Below are positions 32,536-44,695 of a DNA stretch of 64,000 nucleotides, piece after piece. A model generated the notes under the pieces. The model was not told the origin of the DNA, ran no database searches, and saw nothing but the letters and a program-made list of their open reading frames with translations. This DNA comes from Bacteriovoracaceae bacterium. Lineage in GTDB: Bacteria; Bdellovibrionota; Bacteriovoracia; Bacteriovoracales; Bacteriovoracaceae. Location: positions 1 through 64,000 of the forward strand of contig JABIHA010000127.1 of NCBI GenBank assembly GCA_018649885.1, written 5' to 3'. The position numbers and the translations under genes are program-made. The first letter of the stretch is position 1; each line of letters begins with the position of its first letter.

Positions 32536-32862
32536 ATAAGCCACAGGATATTTTGGTAGGCGAGAGCTATTTTAGCGATGAAAGTTGTACTCCTCACATT
32601 TCAGCAGTTGTCAGGTGCTATGCTAAAGCCTCTTTCCATTTCGAACTTCCTTTTGGATTTCTATCAAAATCGAGGGCCACACTTGGGGGAATGACTAAAT
32701 TTGAAATTAGTAAAAAAATTAAATGCCTTGGCTGGTAATTGCCCAAATTGTAATTTTTTCATGGTTCATAGTCCGCAAATTGTTCACAGCATTCAATATC
32801 TCCTTTGATCTGGAGAGTTCCTATAATAAAGATAAGTAACATCAAATTAAAAAGGACCAATT

Positions 32863-33249
32863 ATGCGGATTTTGTTTACTACCATGATATTTCTATTTTC
32901 TACTTCGATTTTCGCCCAAGACAGTCGTGAGTGCATAATAGATGACATCGTAGGAGTGGATGCATTGGCCCAATATCTTGAAGATGGCGTTTGTCCTACA
33001 GGCAGTGAGGAGTCTTATCTGGCCTTTTGTGATGCTATAGACTGTGTTCACTTAAGGAATTTAGAAAGCGAAACACCGGAGCACTCAGTTTCACCTGCTC
33101 ATGTGGCCATTGATGTTGAAGTTGATCCCAGTGTCACTATTGTAAAAGGAAAATCAGTAAAACCAGTAAAACAAATGACTCAATTTGAAAAAGATCTAGA
33201 GTTATTAAAGAAGGCCTACCCAAATCATTGGGTCTCAATGGGGCCTTAA
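32863..33249 (+). CDS. Hypothetical secreted protein
   Basis: AAGGA RBS, signal peptide, 4 Cys. Confidence 0.7.
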   Translation: MRILFTTMIFLFSTSIFAQDSRECIIDDIVGVDALAQYLEDGVCPTGSEESYLAFCDAIDCVHLRNLESETPEHSVSPAHVAIDVEVDPSVTIVKGKSVKPVKQMTQFEKDLELLKKAYPNHWVSMGP

Positions 33250-33457
33250 AGAGTTTAATTAGCGCTCAGTTTGTAAAAAAATCGTAGAAATTCAATGTAT
33301 CCATTTGATAATACAGCCACCTGTTAAAAAATAGACAGGGCCGGAAAAGTTACACTTTCCCTGTTTCCGAAAATCGTCCGCCTGTACCATAGTTCATAAG
33401 AAAACTATTTAAAAATTGGTAAATAAAAATGATTTGTGTCAAATCGAGGAGATTAAA

Positions 33458-35563
33458 ATGAAACAATCAATTGGACCGTTTATCGCACTAAGCTTGATAT
33501 TATCAGGTGGGTTAAGTGCTGCTGAACAAAAGAAAGCAGACATTATTCTTAAAGAGTCTAGAACTTTTAAGATGGTAACCCCACTAGTCTTAGCTCATAA
33601 AGAAGATCTATTAGAAGAAGAAAGAAATCCATGGATAACAGTTTTTGAAGGCTCTGATAAATATGAGGCTAAAGTAATTACTCCAGTAAATAGCGCTGAG
33701 GTTACCTGTACAATTAAAGGTGGCAAAGCGGGAGATTCAATTTCTGAAACTCAGCAAAGTTTTTCACCTATTGCTGGTGAAATAGTGCAATGTAGACAGC
33801 CAATAACATCAAAAAAACTTTATACTGACTTGGTTGTAAGTTATGAGTTGAAAAAAGTTTCAGCTAAAAGTGAAGATGTTGATCAAGAACTTCATAGTGT
33901 AGGCACTGTTGTAAAGGAAGAGATTGAAAAAGATCAGCTTTCTTCAATGGCAGTTCTGTTAATGGAAGCCTCAAAATTTAACCCAATTGCTGATTTTTCT
34001 AGAGAATGGAAAGTTCACAATAAAGATGTGGAAATCGTTACATTGAAAGAAGGCGAAATTCTAATTTATAGAGGTGCCGAAGGTCAATGGACAAAAAAGA
34101 CACCTAGAATTCACAAATATAGTCAAAGAGAAGGTGCGCTTAAGCCTTTCACAAAAGGATTTTTAAAAGATATCTTTTCAAGTGATAAAGTCACTTTCGG
34201 TCCAGATGGTGATAGCAATAGATTAGCAAGAAGAAAGCAATCAAGACTTCCTTTTCCTGAAGCTAATCCATATAGTGTTGCTTGTGGTCAGTATGATTAC
34301 TACTCAGTATATAAAGGGCTAGCATTTACAGGTGCTAATACTCAAATTCAAATTCATCAAAACTCTGAGCTTAAGCATGTATGTGCAGTAAATGATAATG
34401 CTCGCGCTCTTAAGCTAAACGAAGAAGAAAATGGCTTTACAATAAAAGGTTATCTTTTCAAAAAATCTGATCTTAAAGATAGAATTGATGCCATGGTAGC
34501 AGACCTAGAAGCAAGTAGAGAAATGCTCGAAAGAGAAATGAATGAAGATAACAGATCTGAAGTGACTGGTATTATTAGCTCACTTCTGGCAGCGAATGGC
34601 AGAATGTTTAAAAAAGTAGAACAATCTGTTTTTGACATATCAATGGAACAAGTCGCAGTTGCGGTTGCAGGTAGAGACGAAGCTGCCGCCGGTAGAGTTG
34701 CTGCTGCTGAAGAAGCTGCTGAACAAAGAAGAGTAGAGCTTGAAGCAGAAGCAGCACAAGCACTGGAAGAAACAAAAAGAAAAGAAGCTGAAGCTGCTCT
34801 TGAGATGGCAGAAATGAAGCGTCGAATTCACAGACTTGAAGCAAACAGGTATTTCCCTGAAAGTGAAACTATCACTGGAACTTACAAGACAATGAAAGTG
34901 ACTCTTGTACCTCAAAATATTGATGGTAAAGTTGGTTATCAACTTGTAAGTGAGAGGCTTTTTGATTCTCCCAATAGTGATGGTGAAATTTCAGTAGAGT
35001 TTAAGTTTTTACCAGCTGAGCATATTTTTAATACTCAAATTGATTTCAGCGATGATGTTGAGAGTCGTGAATTCAGCATCTGCCCTGCATGGCTTGATGA
35101 GGGATTTAGTAACAATATCTTAGGTAAGATTACAGAACTTTCAATTAAGGAAGATGGCTCAGGTGTAGTTTCAGTATTGAAATCACATATTCGACCATAC
35201 GAAACATACAAATGTACTTCAGCAAAAAATAACTTTTCTATTGGTAAGTCAACTAGAAGAGAAAGCTATGAATTTTGCTATGTAGGAGCTGTTTCTGAAG
35301 AAGGTACAGAGCTTGTAGTAACACCAGATTTGATTAGAGCTGTATACGATTCGGATAATACAGCTGTTAACTACACAAAAACTGTAATGGCCGATTCTAG
35401 TGAAGAGCCACATGGTTTTTTCACGATGGAGCCACTTACTTATACTGTGTCTGAAGGTCAACAACATGTTACTGGTCAACCCTACTGTGTTAGTGCTGAC
35501 AACATCGTCGAGTTTGATCCATCACTGTTGGTTCAACCAAACCTTGATAGAATTGAAGAATAA
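33458..35563 (+). CDS. Large secreted hypothetical protein with central coiled coil
   Basis: GAGGAG RBS, signal peptide, Ala/Glu-rich helical segment. Confidence 0.8.
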   Translation: MKQSIGPFIALSLILSGGLSAAEQKKADIILKESRTFKMVTPLVLAHKEDLLEEERNPWITVFEGSDKYEAKVITPVNSAEVTCTIKGGKAGDSISETQQSFSPIAGEIVQCRQPITSKKLYTDLVVSYELKKVSAKSEDVDQELHSVGTVVKEEIEKDQLSSMAVLLMEASKFNPIADFSREWKVHNKDVEIVTLKEGEILIYRGAEGQWTKKTPRIHKYSQREGALKPFTKGFLKDIFSSDKVTFGPDGDSNRLARRKQSRLPFPEANPYSVACGQYDYYSVYKGLAFTGANTQIQIHQNSELKHVCAVNDNARALKLNEEENGFTIKGYLFKKSDLKDRIDAMVADLEASREMLEREMNEDNRSEVTGIISSLLAANGRMFKKVEQSVFDISMEQVAVAVAGRDEAAAGRVAAAEEAAEQRRVELEAEAAQALEETKRKEAEAALEMAEMKRRIHRLEANRYFPESETITGTYKTMKVTLVPQNIDGKVGYQLVSERLFDSPNSDGEISVEFKFLPAEHIFNTQIDFSDDVESREFSICPAWLDEGFSNNILGKITELSIKEDGSGVVSVLKSHIRPYETYKCTSAKNNFSIGKSTRRESYEFCYVGAVSEEGTELVVTPDLIRAVYDSDNTAVNYTKTVMADSSEEPHGFFTMEPLTYTVSEGQQHVTGQPYCVSADNIVEFDPSLLVQPNLDRIEE

Positions 35564-35581
35564 AAAAACAAAAATAGTTGT

Positions 35582-35612
35582 AAGGGGCCTTTTTCCAGGG
35601 CCCTTTTTTTTT
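35582..35612 (+). terminator. Intrinsic terminator
   Basis: AAGGGGCCT...AGGGCCCTT hairpin followed by a T-run. Confidence 0.8.
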
Positions 35613-35890
35613 AGAAAATTTAATTTATCAAAATGAGGCTTCAGATTTCCTGATGGAAGTCATTGGATTTTGGCTAAAATAACAAAGCATTATTTATTTA
35701 CTAAAATTAAAACATACTAAGTCCAATATTTTCTCAATGATTTCAGGAACTAAAAAAAATAAATACAATTCATTTATAATTTGAAGTAGATTTCAGTTTT
35801 AATAATCATTATTTCAATCAATACAATACGCACCAAGTCCCCTAAATATTTAGTTTATCAAATGGAAATTTTTATCCGAATAGAGTAGAT

Positions 35891-37754
35891 ATGGAAAACT
35901 TTGAACTTGAATTAAAAGAAGACTTTCTTATTGAGGCCCTTGAGCTTATGGCAGAAGCCGAAGCTTCTTTTTTGCGTCTTGAATCTGATAGGGCTAACCT
36001 AAGCCTTTTAGATGAAATCTTTCGATTAGCACATAATCTAAAGGGAACATCAAAAGCCGTTGGGTTTGAGCAGTTGGCAGATATCACGCACGTAGCTGAG
36101 AATGTCTTAACTAAATTAAAAAATAGAGAGCTACAAGTCACAGATGGTACAATTTCTGTGTTACTAGAATTCAAAGATAAAGTCAGTGAAATTATCGAAG
36201 GGCTAAAAGGTAACTTCGATGCAACTTTTGTTGTCGATTCTACTATTGAGCGTCTGGAACTTGCCTCAAAAGCTGGAAACAAAGAATTGAATCCAATTTG
36301 TGAAAGCAGTCCTATCTTAAATAATGAGCCCGCAGTTAGCGAAGTCGCCCTTGAGTCTCTTAGAGAATATGGCCTAGTCGATGAAGCAGCTATGAAGGAA
36401 TTGGAGAGTTGTAGATCCGAAAAAAAATGATGTTGCTCCACAGGTCACACAACAATCTGTATCAAATGAAATTAATGTTACAGATTCTCAAGCTCCACCA
36501 TCGGAGCCTCCATCAGGTAATACCAAAAAACCTCAGAGAAGCATAAGGGATGATGAGAGTATAAGGGTTAAATTATCGAGAATCGATGAGCTTAATAATA
36601 TTGTTGGAGAGCTGGTTATATTGCAAACAGTGCTAGGTCAAAGAAGGTTTACTCACATTCAAGATGATCTTACGAATAAATCCATTGCACAAATGTCAAA
36701 ACTATTCAAAGAAGTTCAAGAGCTTTCGATGTCTCTCAGAATGCTCCCGATAAAAAATAGTTTCCAAAAGATGGAACGAATTATTCGTGATTGCTCTAAA
36801 TTGCTTGGGAAAAAAGTAAAGCTTCACCTTGTTGGTGAAGAAACAGAGGTTGATAAAACAGTTTTAGAGCACATAGCTGACCCTCTGGTTCATATAGTTA
36901 GAAATGCAGTTGACCATGGTCTTGAAGAGACAGAACAAAGAGTTGAAGCAGGCAAGGATCAAACTGGTAATGTGGAAATGATGGCCTTTCACGAGGGCAA
37001 TAACCTTGTCATACAGATTACTGATGACGGTAAGGGAATTGATCCCGAAGTGATAAAAAACAAGGCCATTGAAAAAGGGATAATTCAAAATGCTTCAACA
37101 ATGACTGATGGTGAAATAATTCAGCTCATTTTTCACCCTGGATTTTCCACCAAAGACGAAGTTACGGACTTATCGGGAAGAGGCGTTGGAATGGATGTCG
37201 TAAAAACTAATATTGAAAATCTTGGAGGTGAGGTTAAACTTGCAAGCAAGCTTGGAGAGGGGTCCTCGCTCAAAATTATCCTTCCTCTGACACTTGCAAT
37301 AATAGATGGAATGGTAATTCGTTCAGGCCTTCAGCAATTTGTCCTGCCGCTTGGACAAGTATTTGAGCTAATTAGATTAGAATATGATGATATAAATAAT
37401 ATTCCCGGAGTGGGACAACTATTTAATATAAGAGGTGAAGTGATGCCTCTTTTCACAATAAATGGTAAATTAGGCCAAAAAATAAATTCTCAAAACCAAT
37501 CTGAAATCGTAATTATCATAAGGGGACTTCGACATGCTTTTGGAGTTTCTGTAGATGATGTAATTGGCCAGCAACAAATTGTAATTAAAAAGTTGGGTGA
37601 GGACATCCGAGGCCTCAAGGGGATTATGGGATCAGCAATAATGGGTGATGGTAAACCATCATTTATCCTAGATCTATATGAGTTATTTAAAGATGATTTA
37701 CAAAGTAATAAATCTTATTCAAAGCTTTTGAACGCGAACGAATCCGCAGCATAA
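35891..37754 (+). pseudogene. cheA: Chemotaxis histidine kinase CheA, frameshifted (one extra base near the A8 run at 36420-36427)
   Basis: Hpt domain (FRLAHNLKG) in one frame; SIRVKLSRIDELNNIVGELV, HATPase and CheW domains in the +1 frame. Confidence 0.9.
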
Positions 37755-37768
37755 AACGGGAATGAATA

Positions 37769-38245
37769 ATGGAAGAAAATCTAAAGACTGAAGAATTGAA
37801 TCGCTACCTGGAGTTTGATCTTGGGAATCAAAGTTATGCAGTTCACTTACTTTCGGTGAAAGAAGTGATTACTGTTCCTGATACAACCCCTCTTCCCAAT
37901 GGCCCTGATTATTTTGTTGGGATTATGAACCTTAGAGGTCAAATTATCTCGGTTGTAGATCTTCGTAAAAAACTAAGGATTGAGTCAAAAACTTTAGGAC
38001 TAGAAGAGGCTGTCGTTATTGTAGACTTGCAAGGTGTTAGTATTGGACTAATTGTTGATTCTATAAATAAGGTGTTGAATTTTTCAATTTCTGACATTAC
38101 AGAGGTTCCAGAAGTTCAATCACAAGTTAATGCCAAGTACATTCAGGGTGTTTATAGAGGTGAAGGAAAACTATCTGTTTTACTAGACCTAGAAAATGTT
38201 TTGAATATAAATGAAATTAAAAGCTACCAAAAAGAAGTCGCTTAA
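37769..38245 (+). CDS. cheW: Chemotaxis adaptor CheW
   Basis: [16 protein letters not shown]. Confidence 0.95.
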   Translation: MEENLKTEELNRYLEFDLGNQSYAVHLLSVKEVITVPDTTPLPNGPDYFVGIMNLRGQIISVVDLRKKLRIESKTLGLEEAVVIVDLQGVSIGLIVDSINKVLNFSISDITEVPEVQSQVNAKYIQGVYRGEGKLSVLLDLENVLNINEIKSYQKEVA

Positions 38246-38256
38246 GAGAGGGGATA

Positions 38257-40623
38257 ATGAGAAGTTTAGGTTTGAAAGGAAAGCTAATTCTTGCTTTTTT
38301 ATTTGCAGGTCTAGTGCCAATGATTTGTGTGGGAGTTTTTAGCTTTAAGAAGAGCTCGGAATCTCTTGAGAAAGAAGCGGTGGGAAAACTTGTTGCAGTT
38401 AGGGATGTTAAGGGTGGTGCCGTAAAAAGGTATTTTGAGGCAATTGGTGATAGAGCTGTAACCTTCGCGCACACTGTATCTATTGTCGATGCAATGAAGG
38501 GGTTTTCAAAAGGATTTAAAGACTTTGGTACAAATAATAGTTTTGCAGCGGAAGATATAAGACTGCAAAAAGTAAAGCTTAGACAATTTTATCAAAATGA
38601 ATTTGGGAAGAAATATGAAAAAGAAAATGGAAAACCTATTGATGTTTTCTCCCTTTTAAACCAACTTTCAGATTCAGAAGTAGCCTTGCAGTACGCATAT
38701 ATCGCCAACAATCCCAACCCTCTTGGGTCAAAAGAAGTTCTCGATTTTGCTGCTGATGAATCTGAATATTCGAAACTTCACAAAACTTATCACCCTAGTA
38801 TCAGAGAATATCTTCAGAAATTTGGATACTATGATATTTTTCTAGTAGATATAGATTCAGGTAATATTGTCTACTCTGTTTATAAAGAATTGGATTTTGG
38901 AACTTCCCTTCTAAGTGGGCCGTATAGTAATACAAATTTTGCTGAAGCTTTTAAAAAAGCTCGTGGTATAAGTGATAAGAAATCAACGGTCTTAGTTGAT
39001 TATAAAAAATATACCCCAAGTTTTGAGGCACCTGCTTCCTTTATTGCCGCCCCAATTTGGGATGGCAGTAAAAAGATTGGTGTGGCGATGTTTCAAATGC
39101 CAATTAATCGTCTTAACCTGATCATGGGAGAAAGGTCAGGGATGGGAAATACTGGAGAAACTATAATTGTTGGGCAAGATACTCTAATGCGTTCTGACTC
39201 ATTTTTAAAACCCAAAACCCATAGTGTACTTGCATCTTTTAAAAATCAAAAAGAAGGTAGTATTAAGAATCATTCTGTAAAAGAAGCACTTAATGGAGTG
39301 ACAAATCATTTTATAGAAAGTGATTACATGGGGAAGAAATCTATAATGGCATTTACTCCAATAAGTATTTTGGGCCAACTAAACTGGGCCTTAGTTGCTA
39401 AGATTCATACTGAAGAAGCATTTAGCGCAGCAGAGTCTCTTAAAAGTCTATTATTTATTCTATTCGGTGGGACGGTAGTAGGTATTATGATTTTAGCATT
39501 ATTCTTATCTTCCTCTATTTCAAAAGATGTAACTAGAAATATTAGAGTTGTTGCTGAAAAATTAATCAAAGGTGCAGATCTAATTTTAAGTTCAAGTAAT
39601 ACTGTTTCAAAGAATAGCACTGAATTAAGTGAGGCCGCTACAGAGCAAGCAGCAAGCCTTCAAGAAACAGTTTCATCTATTGATGAGATAAGCAGCATGG
39701 TTCAAAAAAATGCTGAATCAGCAAGTAGCTCAAGTCAGGTTTCAGATAAATCATACGAAGCTGCTGAAAGAGGAAAGAAAACAGTAGAGTCGATGATTTC
39801 CTCAATAAATGATATAGCAGATTCAAATAATGAAATTATGGAAGAAATGAAAGAAAGTAATGAAGAAATTTCAAAAATTGTTACTGTTATTTCAGAAATT
39901 GGAAATAAAACAAAAGTAATTAATGATATTGTGTTTCAAACAAAGCTTCTGTCTTTCAATGCTTCAGTGGAAGCCGCCAGAGCAGGGGAGCATGGTAGAG
40001 GTTTTGCAGTTGTAGCTGAAGAAGTGGGAAATCTAGCAGCAATGTCTGGAAAAGCTGCCTTAGAAATTACAGAAATGCTCGATAAATCAATTAAACAAGT
40101 AACTGATATAGTGACCTCAACAAAATCTAAGGTAGAAGGACTTGTCTCTACAGGTAGAACGAAGGTTGAGATGGGAATAAAAACTGCCAACGAGTGTGGA
40201 GACTCTCTTGATGATATTTTGTGTAATGTTGGATCTGTTAATGAAATGGTTAAAGAGATTGCTTCAGCTTCGGCAGAACAAAGTACTGGCGTTAAGCAAG
40301 TAACCAAAGCAATGCAACAACTAGATGAGACAACACATCAAAACTCTTCAGTCGCTCAGCAATCATCTGAGATGGCAGGACAGCTGAAAGCACAAGCAGA
40401 TAGTCTGGGTAGTGCTATTGAAGAACTTATGGCCATTGTTGGCGCTGGTGGTGAAAAGGTTGTAGTAAAAGAAAAAAGTACAAAAAAAGAACAAAGAGAA
40501 AATGTAGTAGATTTCAAAAAGAGCAAACATAAAGAAGTTTTGGCACTCGGTGGGGAAGTAAAAGTCTCAGGTTTGGATACTTCAATTCCTTCAGAAGATG
40601 ATCCTAGATTTGAAGACCTCTAA
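38257..40623 (+). CDS. Methyl-accepting chemotaxis protein
   Basis: Two TM helices, Cache-type periplasmic domain, [30 protein letters not shown]. Confidence 0.96.
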   Translation: MRSLGLKGKLILAFLFAGLVPMICVGVFSFKKSSESLEKEAVGKLVAVRDVKGGAVKRYFEAIGDRAVTFAHTVSIVDAMKGFSKGFKDFGTNNSFAAEDIRLQKVKLRQFYQNEFGKKYEKENGKPIDVFSLLNQLSDSEVALQYAYIANNPNPLGSKEVLDFAADESEYSKLHKTYHPSIREYLQKFGYYDIFLVDIDSGNIVYSVYKELDFGTSLLSGPYSNTNFAEAFKKARGISDKKSTVLVDYKKYTPSFEAPASFIAAPIWDGSKKIGVAMFQMPINRLNLIMGERSGMGNTGETIIVGQDTLMRSDSFLKPKTHSVLASFKNQKEGSIKNHSVKEALNGVTNHFIESDYMGKKSIMAFTPISILGQLNWALVAKIHTEEAFSAAESLKSLLFILFGGTVVGIMILALFLSSSISKDVTRNIRVVAEKLIKGADLILSSSNTVSKNSTELSEAATEQAASLQETVSSIDEISSMVQKNAESASSSSQVSDKSYEAAERGKKTVESMISSINDIADSNNEIMEEMKESNEEISKIVTVISEIGNKTKVINDIVFQTKLLSFNASVEAARAGEHGRGFAVVAEEVGNLAAMSGKAALEITEMLDKSIKQVTDIVTSTKSKVEGLVSTGRTKVEMGIKTANECGDSLDDILCNVGSVNEMVKEIASASAEQSTGVKQVTKAMQQLDETTHQNSSVAQQSSEMAGQLKAQADSLGSAIEELMAIVGAGGEKVVVKEKSTKKEQRENVVDFKKSKHKEVLALGGEVKVSGLDTSIPSEDDPRFEDL

Positions 40624-40640
40624 CAAGTTGATTTTTTGAA

Positions 40641-42509
40641 ATGGCAGATGCTTTAAAAAATGTAAAAGATTCTGGATTTGATGGTTTAGTCATCTATATT
40701 TCCAAAATTATTGCTACTGAAAGTGGCAATATACTAGGTGAGAACCAAAGAGAAATGGTTAAAAGTCGACTCCGAAAGCGACTTATCGATATTGGTGGGC
40801 TGAATGTAGCAGAATATTACCATCACTTAGAATCAAATAAAGAAAGAGAAATTTCTTTTTTAGTTTCAACACTTACAACACATCACACTTTTTTCTTCAG
40901 AGAATTCATCCATTTTGAGTATATTGTAAAGAATTTAGATGAAATTGTTGAGAGGGTGAAAAAGCGTGGTGGAAAAGTCATTAAAATCTACTGCGCAGCT
41001 TGCAGTAGAGGGCAGGAGGTTTATTCTCTTGCCATGCTTTTTTATAAGCACCTTAGCGATTCCTATCCTGGCATGAGCTTCAATATCATAGGTACAGATA
41101 TAGACCCTGAATGTGTTGAATATTCAAAAAATGGTGTGTACCCATTTAGTGATGTAAAAAAAGTTCCCCAAGTATATCTTGCTAACCACTGGCAAAGAGG
41201 TTCTGGAAGCATTTCACATTACGCAAAAGTCAAAAAGGAGCTTAAAGAGCATTGTTCCTTTGAAGTTCTTAACTTGCTAACAATGGATAGTTTCTTAAAC
41301 CAAAAGTTTGATATAGTCTTTTGCCGAAATGTTTTTATATATTTTGATATTCCAACAATTGAAAAAGTTTGTAAAAATTTCGAAAAGATTATCAGCCCTG
41401 GTGGACTGCTATTTACGGGGGTGAGCGAATCGCTTAAGTCAATGAAAATAGATGTAAGTGCGGTGGGGGCTTGTATTTATCAATACGGGGTACCTTGCAA
41501 GGTTACCTCTGAACCTATTGAAAAGGCCAAAGTTGCGATCAAACCAAAAGTTGAAGTGGTAGTAGAAGGGCCAAAACCAATACGTGTTCTTTGTGTTGAT
41601 GATAGTTCTAGTATATTAAAACTTCTTACGAGAATATTTGAAAGTGATCCTGGTTTTGAAGTCGTAGGTACCGCAAAAGATGGAATTGAAGCACATGAGT
41701 TTTTAAAAAATCACAGCATTGATGTGATGACTCTTGATATTCATATGCCAAATATGAATGGGGTCGAATATTTGGAGAAGTACTTTGGTACAAATCATCC
41801 CAAGGTAATCATTGTTTCAAGCGCAAGTCGTGAAGATTCAAGATATGCACAGAAGGCGATTGAGTTTGGAGCGAGTGATTTTGTAGAAAAACCAGCTCTA
41901 AATAATTTAATGGAACGCGCTGATGAAATTAAAGTGAAGATGAAAACACTTCTTGCTAGTGATCTTAAAGGTGGTAAGTCTGAACTTGATGTTAAATTTG
42001 CCAATAAATTCACCATCGAAAATACAGATTCTAAGGGCAGAGTCTTTTTCCTGAATTTTTCTGATTCTGAGAAGATAAAAAAGATATTGGGTGAGATTGA
42101 GGTTAAAGCGACACCAACATTTTTATTATTTGAGGGTAATTTAGAATTCCTAGAAAATATTAAAGAGGAACTTTGTTGCTCAAATAGTAAACTTAATTAT
42201 GAATTTGTTTCAGGAGAAACAAAGTTTCTTGAAAATACTGTTTATATTTGCGACCTAGCTAAAGATGGAGACAAAGTTTTTGACTTCCTCAATACCTCTG
42301 AGCGTGTGAGTATAGGAGTTTTGGGAGAATGTTCCACAAAAGTTGTTCATCTCGTTTTAGAAATGGGCAGTCACTGTCAAATTTTAATTGAAGATAGAGT
42401 AGGGCAAAACATTGTTCTAAAAGACACGATTTCTGATGTATTCCCTACAACAAGCTTTGAGCATGTAGGAACGGAATTTTTGTCTAAAAAGAAGGAATAT
42501 GGGGCTTAA
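40641..42509 (+). CDS. cheR: CheR methyltransferase fused to a receiver domain and a C-terminal extension
   Basis: TTH.TFFFRE, ACSRGQEVYS, FCRNVFIYF; then VLCVDDS...LDIHMP...EKP. Confidence 0.9.
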   Translation: MADALKNVKDSGFDGLVIYISKIIATESGNILGENQREMVKSRLRKRLIDIGGLNVAEYYHHLESNKEREISFLVSTLTTHHTFFFREFIHFEYIVKNLDEIVERVKKRGGKVIKIYCAACSRGQEVYSLAMLFYKHLSDSYPGMSFNIIGTDIDPECVEYSKNGVYPFSDVKKVPQVYLANHWQRGSGSISHYAKVKKELKEHCSFEVLNLLTMDSFLNQKFDIVFCRNVFIYFDIPTIEKVCKNFEKIISPGGLLFTGVSESLKSMKIDVSAVGACIYQYGVPCKVTSEPIEKAKVAIKPKVEVVVEGPKPIRVLCVDDSSSILKLLTRIFESDPGFEVVGTAKDGIEAHEFLKNHSIDVMTLDIHMPNMNGVEYLEKYFGTNHPKVIIVSSASREDSRYAQKAIEFGASDFVEKPALNNLMERADEIKVKMKTLLASDLKGGKSELDVKFANKFTIENTDSKGRVFFLNFSDSEKIKKILGEIEVKATPTFLLFEGNLEFLENIKEELCCSNSKLNYEFVSGETKFLENTVYICDLAKDGDKVFDFLNTSERVSIGVLGECSTKVVHLVLEMGSHCQILIEDRVGQNIVLKDTISDVFPTTSFEHVGTEFLSKKKEYGA

Positions 42510-43872
42510 GAGATTAAATTCAAATGGGCATGGTGCGGTCTCTATCAAAATTTGTGACCAGCAAGCTCTATTTTTAATTTCGTTTACTAATGGAAGTAGT
42601 GAATGTATTTTTCTCGATGGGCAAGACGTGGCTGGGTTTGATTTTTTTAATAATTCAGAGATAAAATCTACTAAATTTGTCGGACCAAAGGATCTTTACG
42701 ATTATTTTGTTAACCAAAATCCCTTTACTGTTAATTTTTTAAAAAAAATATTTACCAGCTCAGACTTGGAACTGTGGTACTACCCCGAAACTGGAAAAGT
42801 CAGAATACCAAAAAATAGTACTCAATCAACTGAGACAATAAAGAAGAAAGTTCTTGTCGTCGATGACAGCAAAACTATTCAAAAACTACTTTGCCGAATA
42901 ATTAATTCTAGTAGCAAGCTTGAGGTGTGTGGTGCCTGCGGTTCTCCATCTGAGGCAAAGAAATTCATTGAAAGTTTAAAACCTGATTTAATAACGCTTG
43001 ATGTATATATGCCCGAAATGAATGGGGTCGATTTTTTAAAATCATACCTAAAGGATCAAGCTATACCTGTTGTTATGATTAGCTCCTTAAGTATAAATGA
43101 GGGCCCTCTTATTATGGAGGCACTATTAAATGGAGCTACTACTTATATTCAAAAGCCATCAATGGATGAAATTGACCAAGCAGCTGGTGTGATTTTAGAG
43201 GAATTAGAAAATATAAAACTCTGTGATGGAAAAATAGATAAGAGCCTTGTTATCAGCAGAGGACATTTTAGTAGCCTCGATGGATTAATTGTCATTGGCT
43301 CTTCCACTGGCGGTACACAGGCTTTGCAAAGTATTTTTACTAGCCTTCCACGAGAGATTCCTCCAATTATTGTAGTTCAACATATTCCGGCTGTTTTTTC
43401 AAAGGCACTTGCAGATAGGCTTAACTCACTTTGCAAGTTCACAATAAAAGAGGCTCAAGATGGAGATATTGTCGAGCCAAATCATGTTTATATTGCAGCT
43501 GGTGGTCGACAAATGAAACTGAATAAAAAATCTAAACGACTTATAATAGAGTTGAATGATGATGCACCAGTTAACAAGTTCAAACCTTCTGTCGACTATT
43601 TTTTTAATACGGTGTCTTCACTTGCTATTGAAAATTTAACAGGAGTTATTTTAACTGGCATGGGAAAAGATGGTGCTAAAGGGCTTCTTAATTTAAAAAA
43701 TTCTGGGGCTGTTACTTTTGCTCAAGACGAAAAAAGCTGTGTTGTTTTTGGTATGCCTTCTGCAGCCATTTCCTTAGGCGCTGTAGAGCACATTGCCTCT
43801 TTATCAGAACTGCCAGATAAGCTGATGACCGTTTTCAATCAACGTATTAACAAGGCCAACAAAGCCAGCTAG
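42499..43872 (+). CDS. cheB: CheB methylesterase with N-terminal extension
   Basis: REC domain, GSSTGG, VQHIP, LTGMGKDG. Confidence 0.93.
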   Translation: MGLKRLNSNGHGAVSIKICDQQALFLISFTNGSSECIFLDGQDVAGFDFFNNSEIKSTKFVGPKDLYDYFVNQNPFTVNFLKKIFTSSDLELWYYPETGKVRIPKNSTQSTETIKKKVLVVDDSKTIQKLLCRIINSSSKLEVCGACGSPSEAKKFIESLKPDLITLDVYMPEMNGVDFLKSYLKDQAIPVVMISSLSINEGPLIMEALLNGATTYIQKPSMDEIDQAAGVILEELENIKLCDGKIDKSLVISRGHFSSLDGLIVIGSSTGGTQALQSIFTSLPREIPPIIVVQHIPAVFSKALADRLNSLCKFTIKEAQDGDIVEPNHVYIAAGGRQMKLNKKSKRLIIELNDDAPVNKFKPSVDYFFNTVSSLAIENLTGVILTGMGKDGAKGLLNLKNSGAVTFAQDEKSCVVFGMPSAAISLGAVEHIASLSELPDKLMTVFNQRINKANKAS

Positions 43873-44107
43873 TGGAACTTCCCAAATCTTTCGTATCTGT
43901 AATTTCATGGCTTTAAAAATGTGAGCAGCATCAGTGTTTTTGCAATTTTTACACCTAGGGCCTCACCCCAAAACGTTTAATTTCGGTGAGTTAGATGGTT
44001 TTTTTGTAGCTTTCAAATTGCGAGTAGATTCAAATCCAAAATTAGACGATTATTGTGTTGCACTCTTTTGGGTTCAGGAGAAGCTTTTACTATGTGAGGA
44101 TATTTTT

Positions 44108-44692
44108 ATGAGTCTAGCGGTAGCATTGATTTTAGGAGCACTTCTGTGGACATTTGCAGAATACAATATTCACCGATTTGCGGGACATGAATGGCAGCGT
44201 AGATCTCAAAAAATTTATACATTTGTAAATATTTTTCGAAGTGAGCATGCAAAACATCATTTTAAGAAAGAATATTTTGCTTCAAATTTTGAAAAGGCAA
44301 AAGCAGCACTCGCTGCAGGCTCATTGATTTTTACATTGGGAGTACTATTTGTTTCGGCTCAACTAGCACTCGCGTTTACCGTTGGGTTTATACTAATGTA
44401 CTTATATTATGAATTTTTCCACCGACTTTGCCATGTGGCACCACCTAAGTCATGGTATGGAAAAATTTTAAGAAAGCACCATTTCTATCATCACTTCGCA
44501 GAAGAGGATATGAACCATGGTGTGACCACAAGGTTTTGGGACTTATTATACGGTACTTACGTAAAAACAAACGTAGTTCCAATAAATAAAAAATATACTA
44601 TGGGTTGGTTAGTTGAAGATGAAAGTGATGATTTAGTAAGAAGTGAGTATGTCAGCGATTACAAAATTGTTTTAAGTACAAAATATACTTAG
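44108..44692 (+). CDS. Sterol desaturase/fatty acid hydroxylase family protein
   Basis: His boxes H...H, H..HH, H...H, HH..HH. Confidence 0.9.
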   Translation: MSLAVALILGALLWTFAEYNIHRFAGHEWQRRSQKIYTFVNIFRSEHAKHHFKKEYFASNFEKAKAALAAGSLIFTLGVLFVSAQLALAFTVGFILMYLYYEFFHRLCHVAPPKSWYGKILRKHHFYHHFAEEDMNHGVTTRFWDLLYGTYVKTNVVPINKKYTMGWLVEDESDDLVRSEYVSDYKIVLSTKYT

Positions 44693-44695
44693 ATA

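Noticed and set aside
35872..36441. Long antisense ORFs here and at 45626-46174 and 47264-47842
   Set aside because: They lie opposite well-supported genes and have no recognisable motifs
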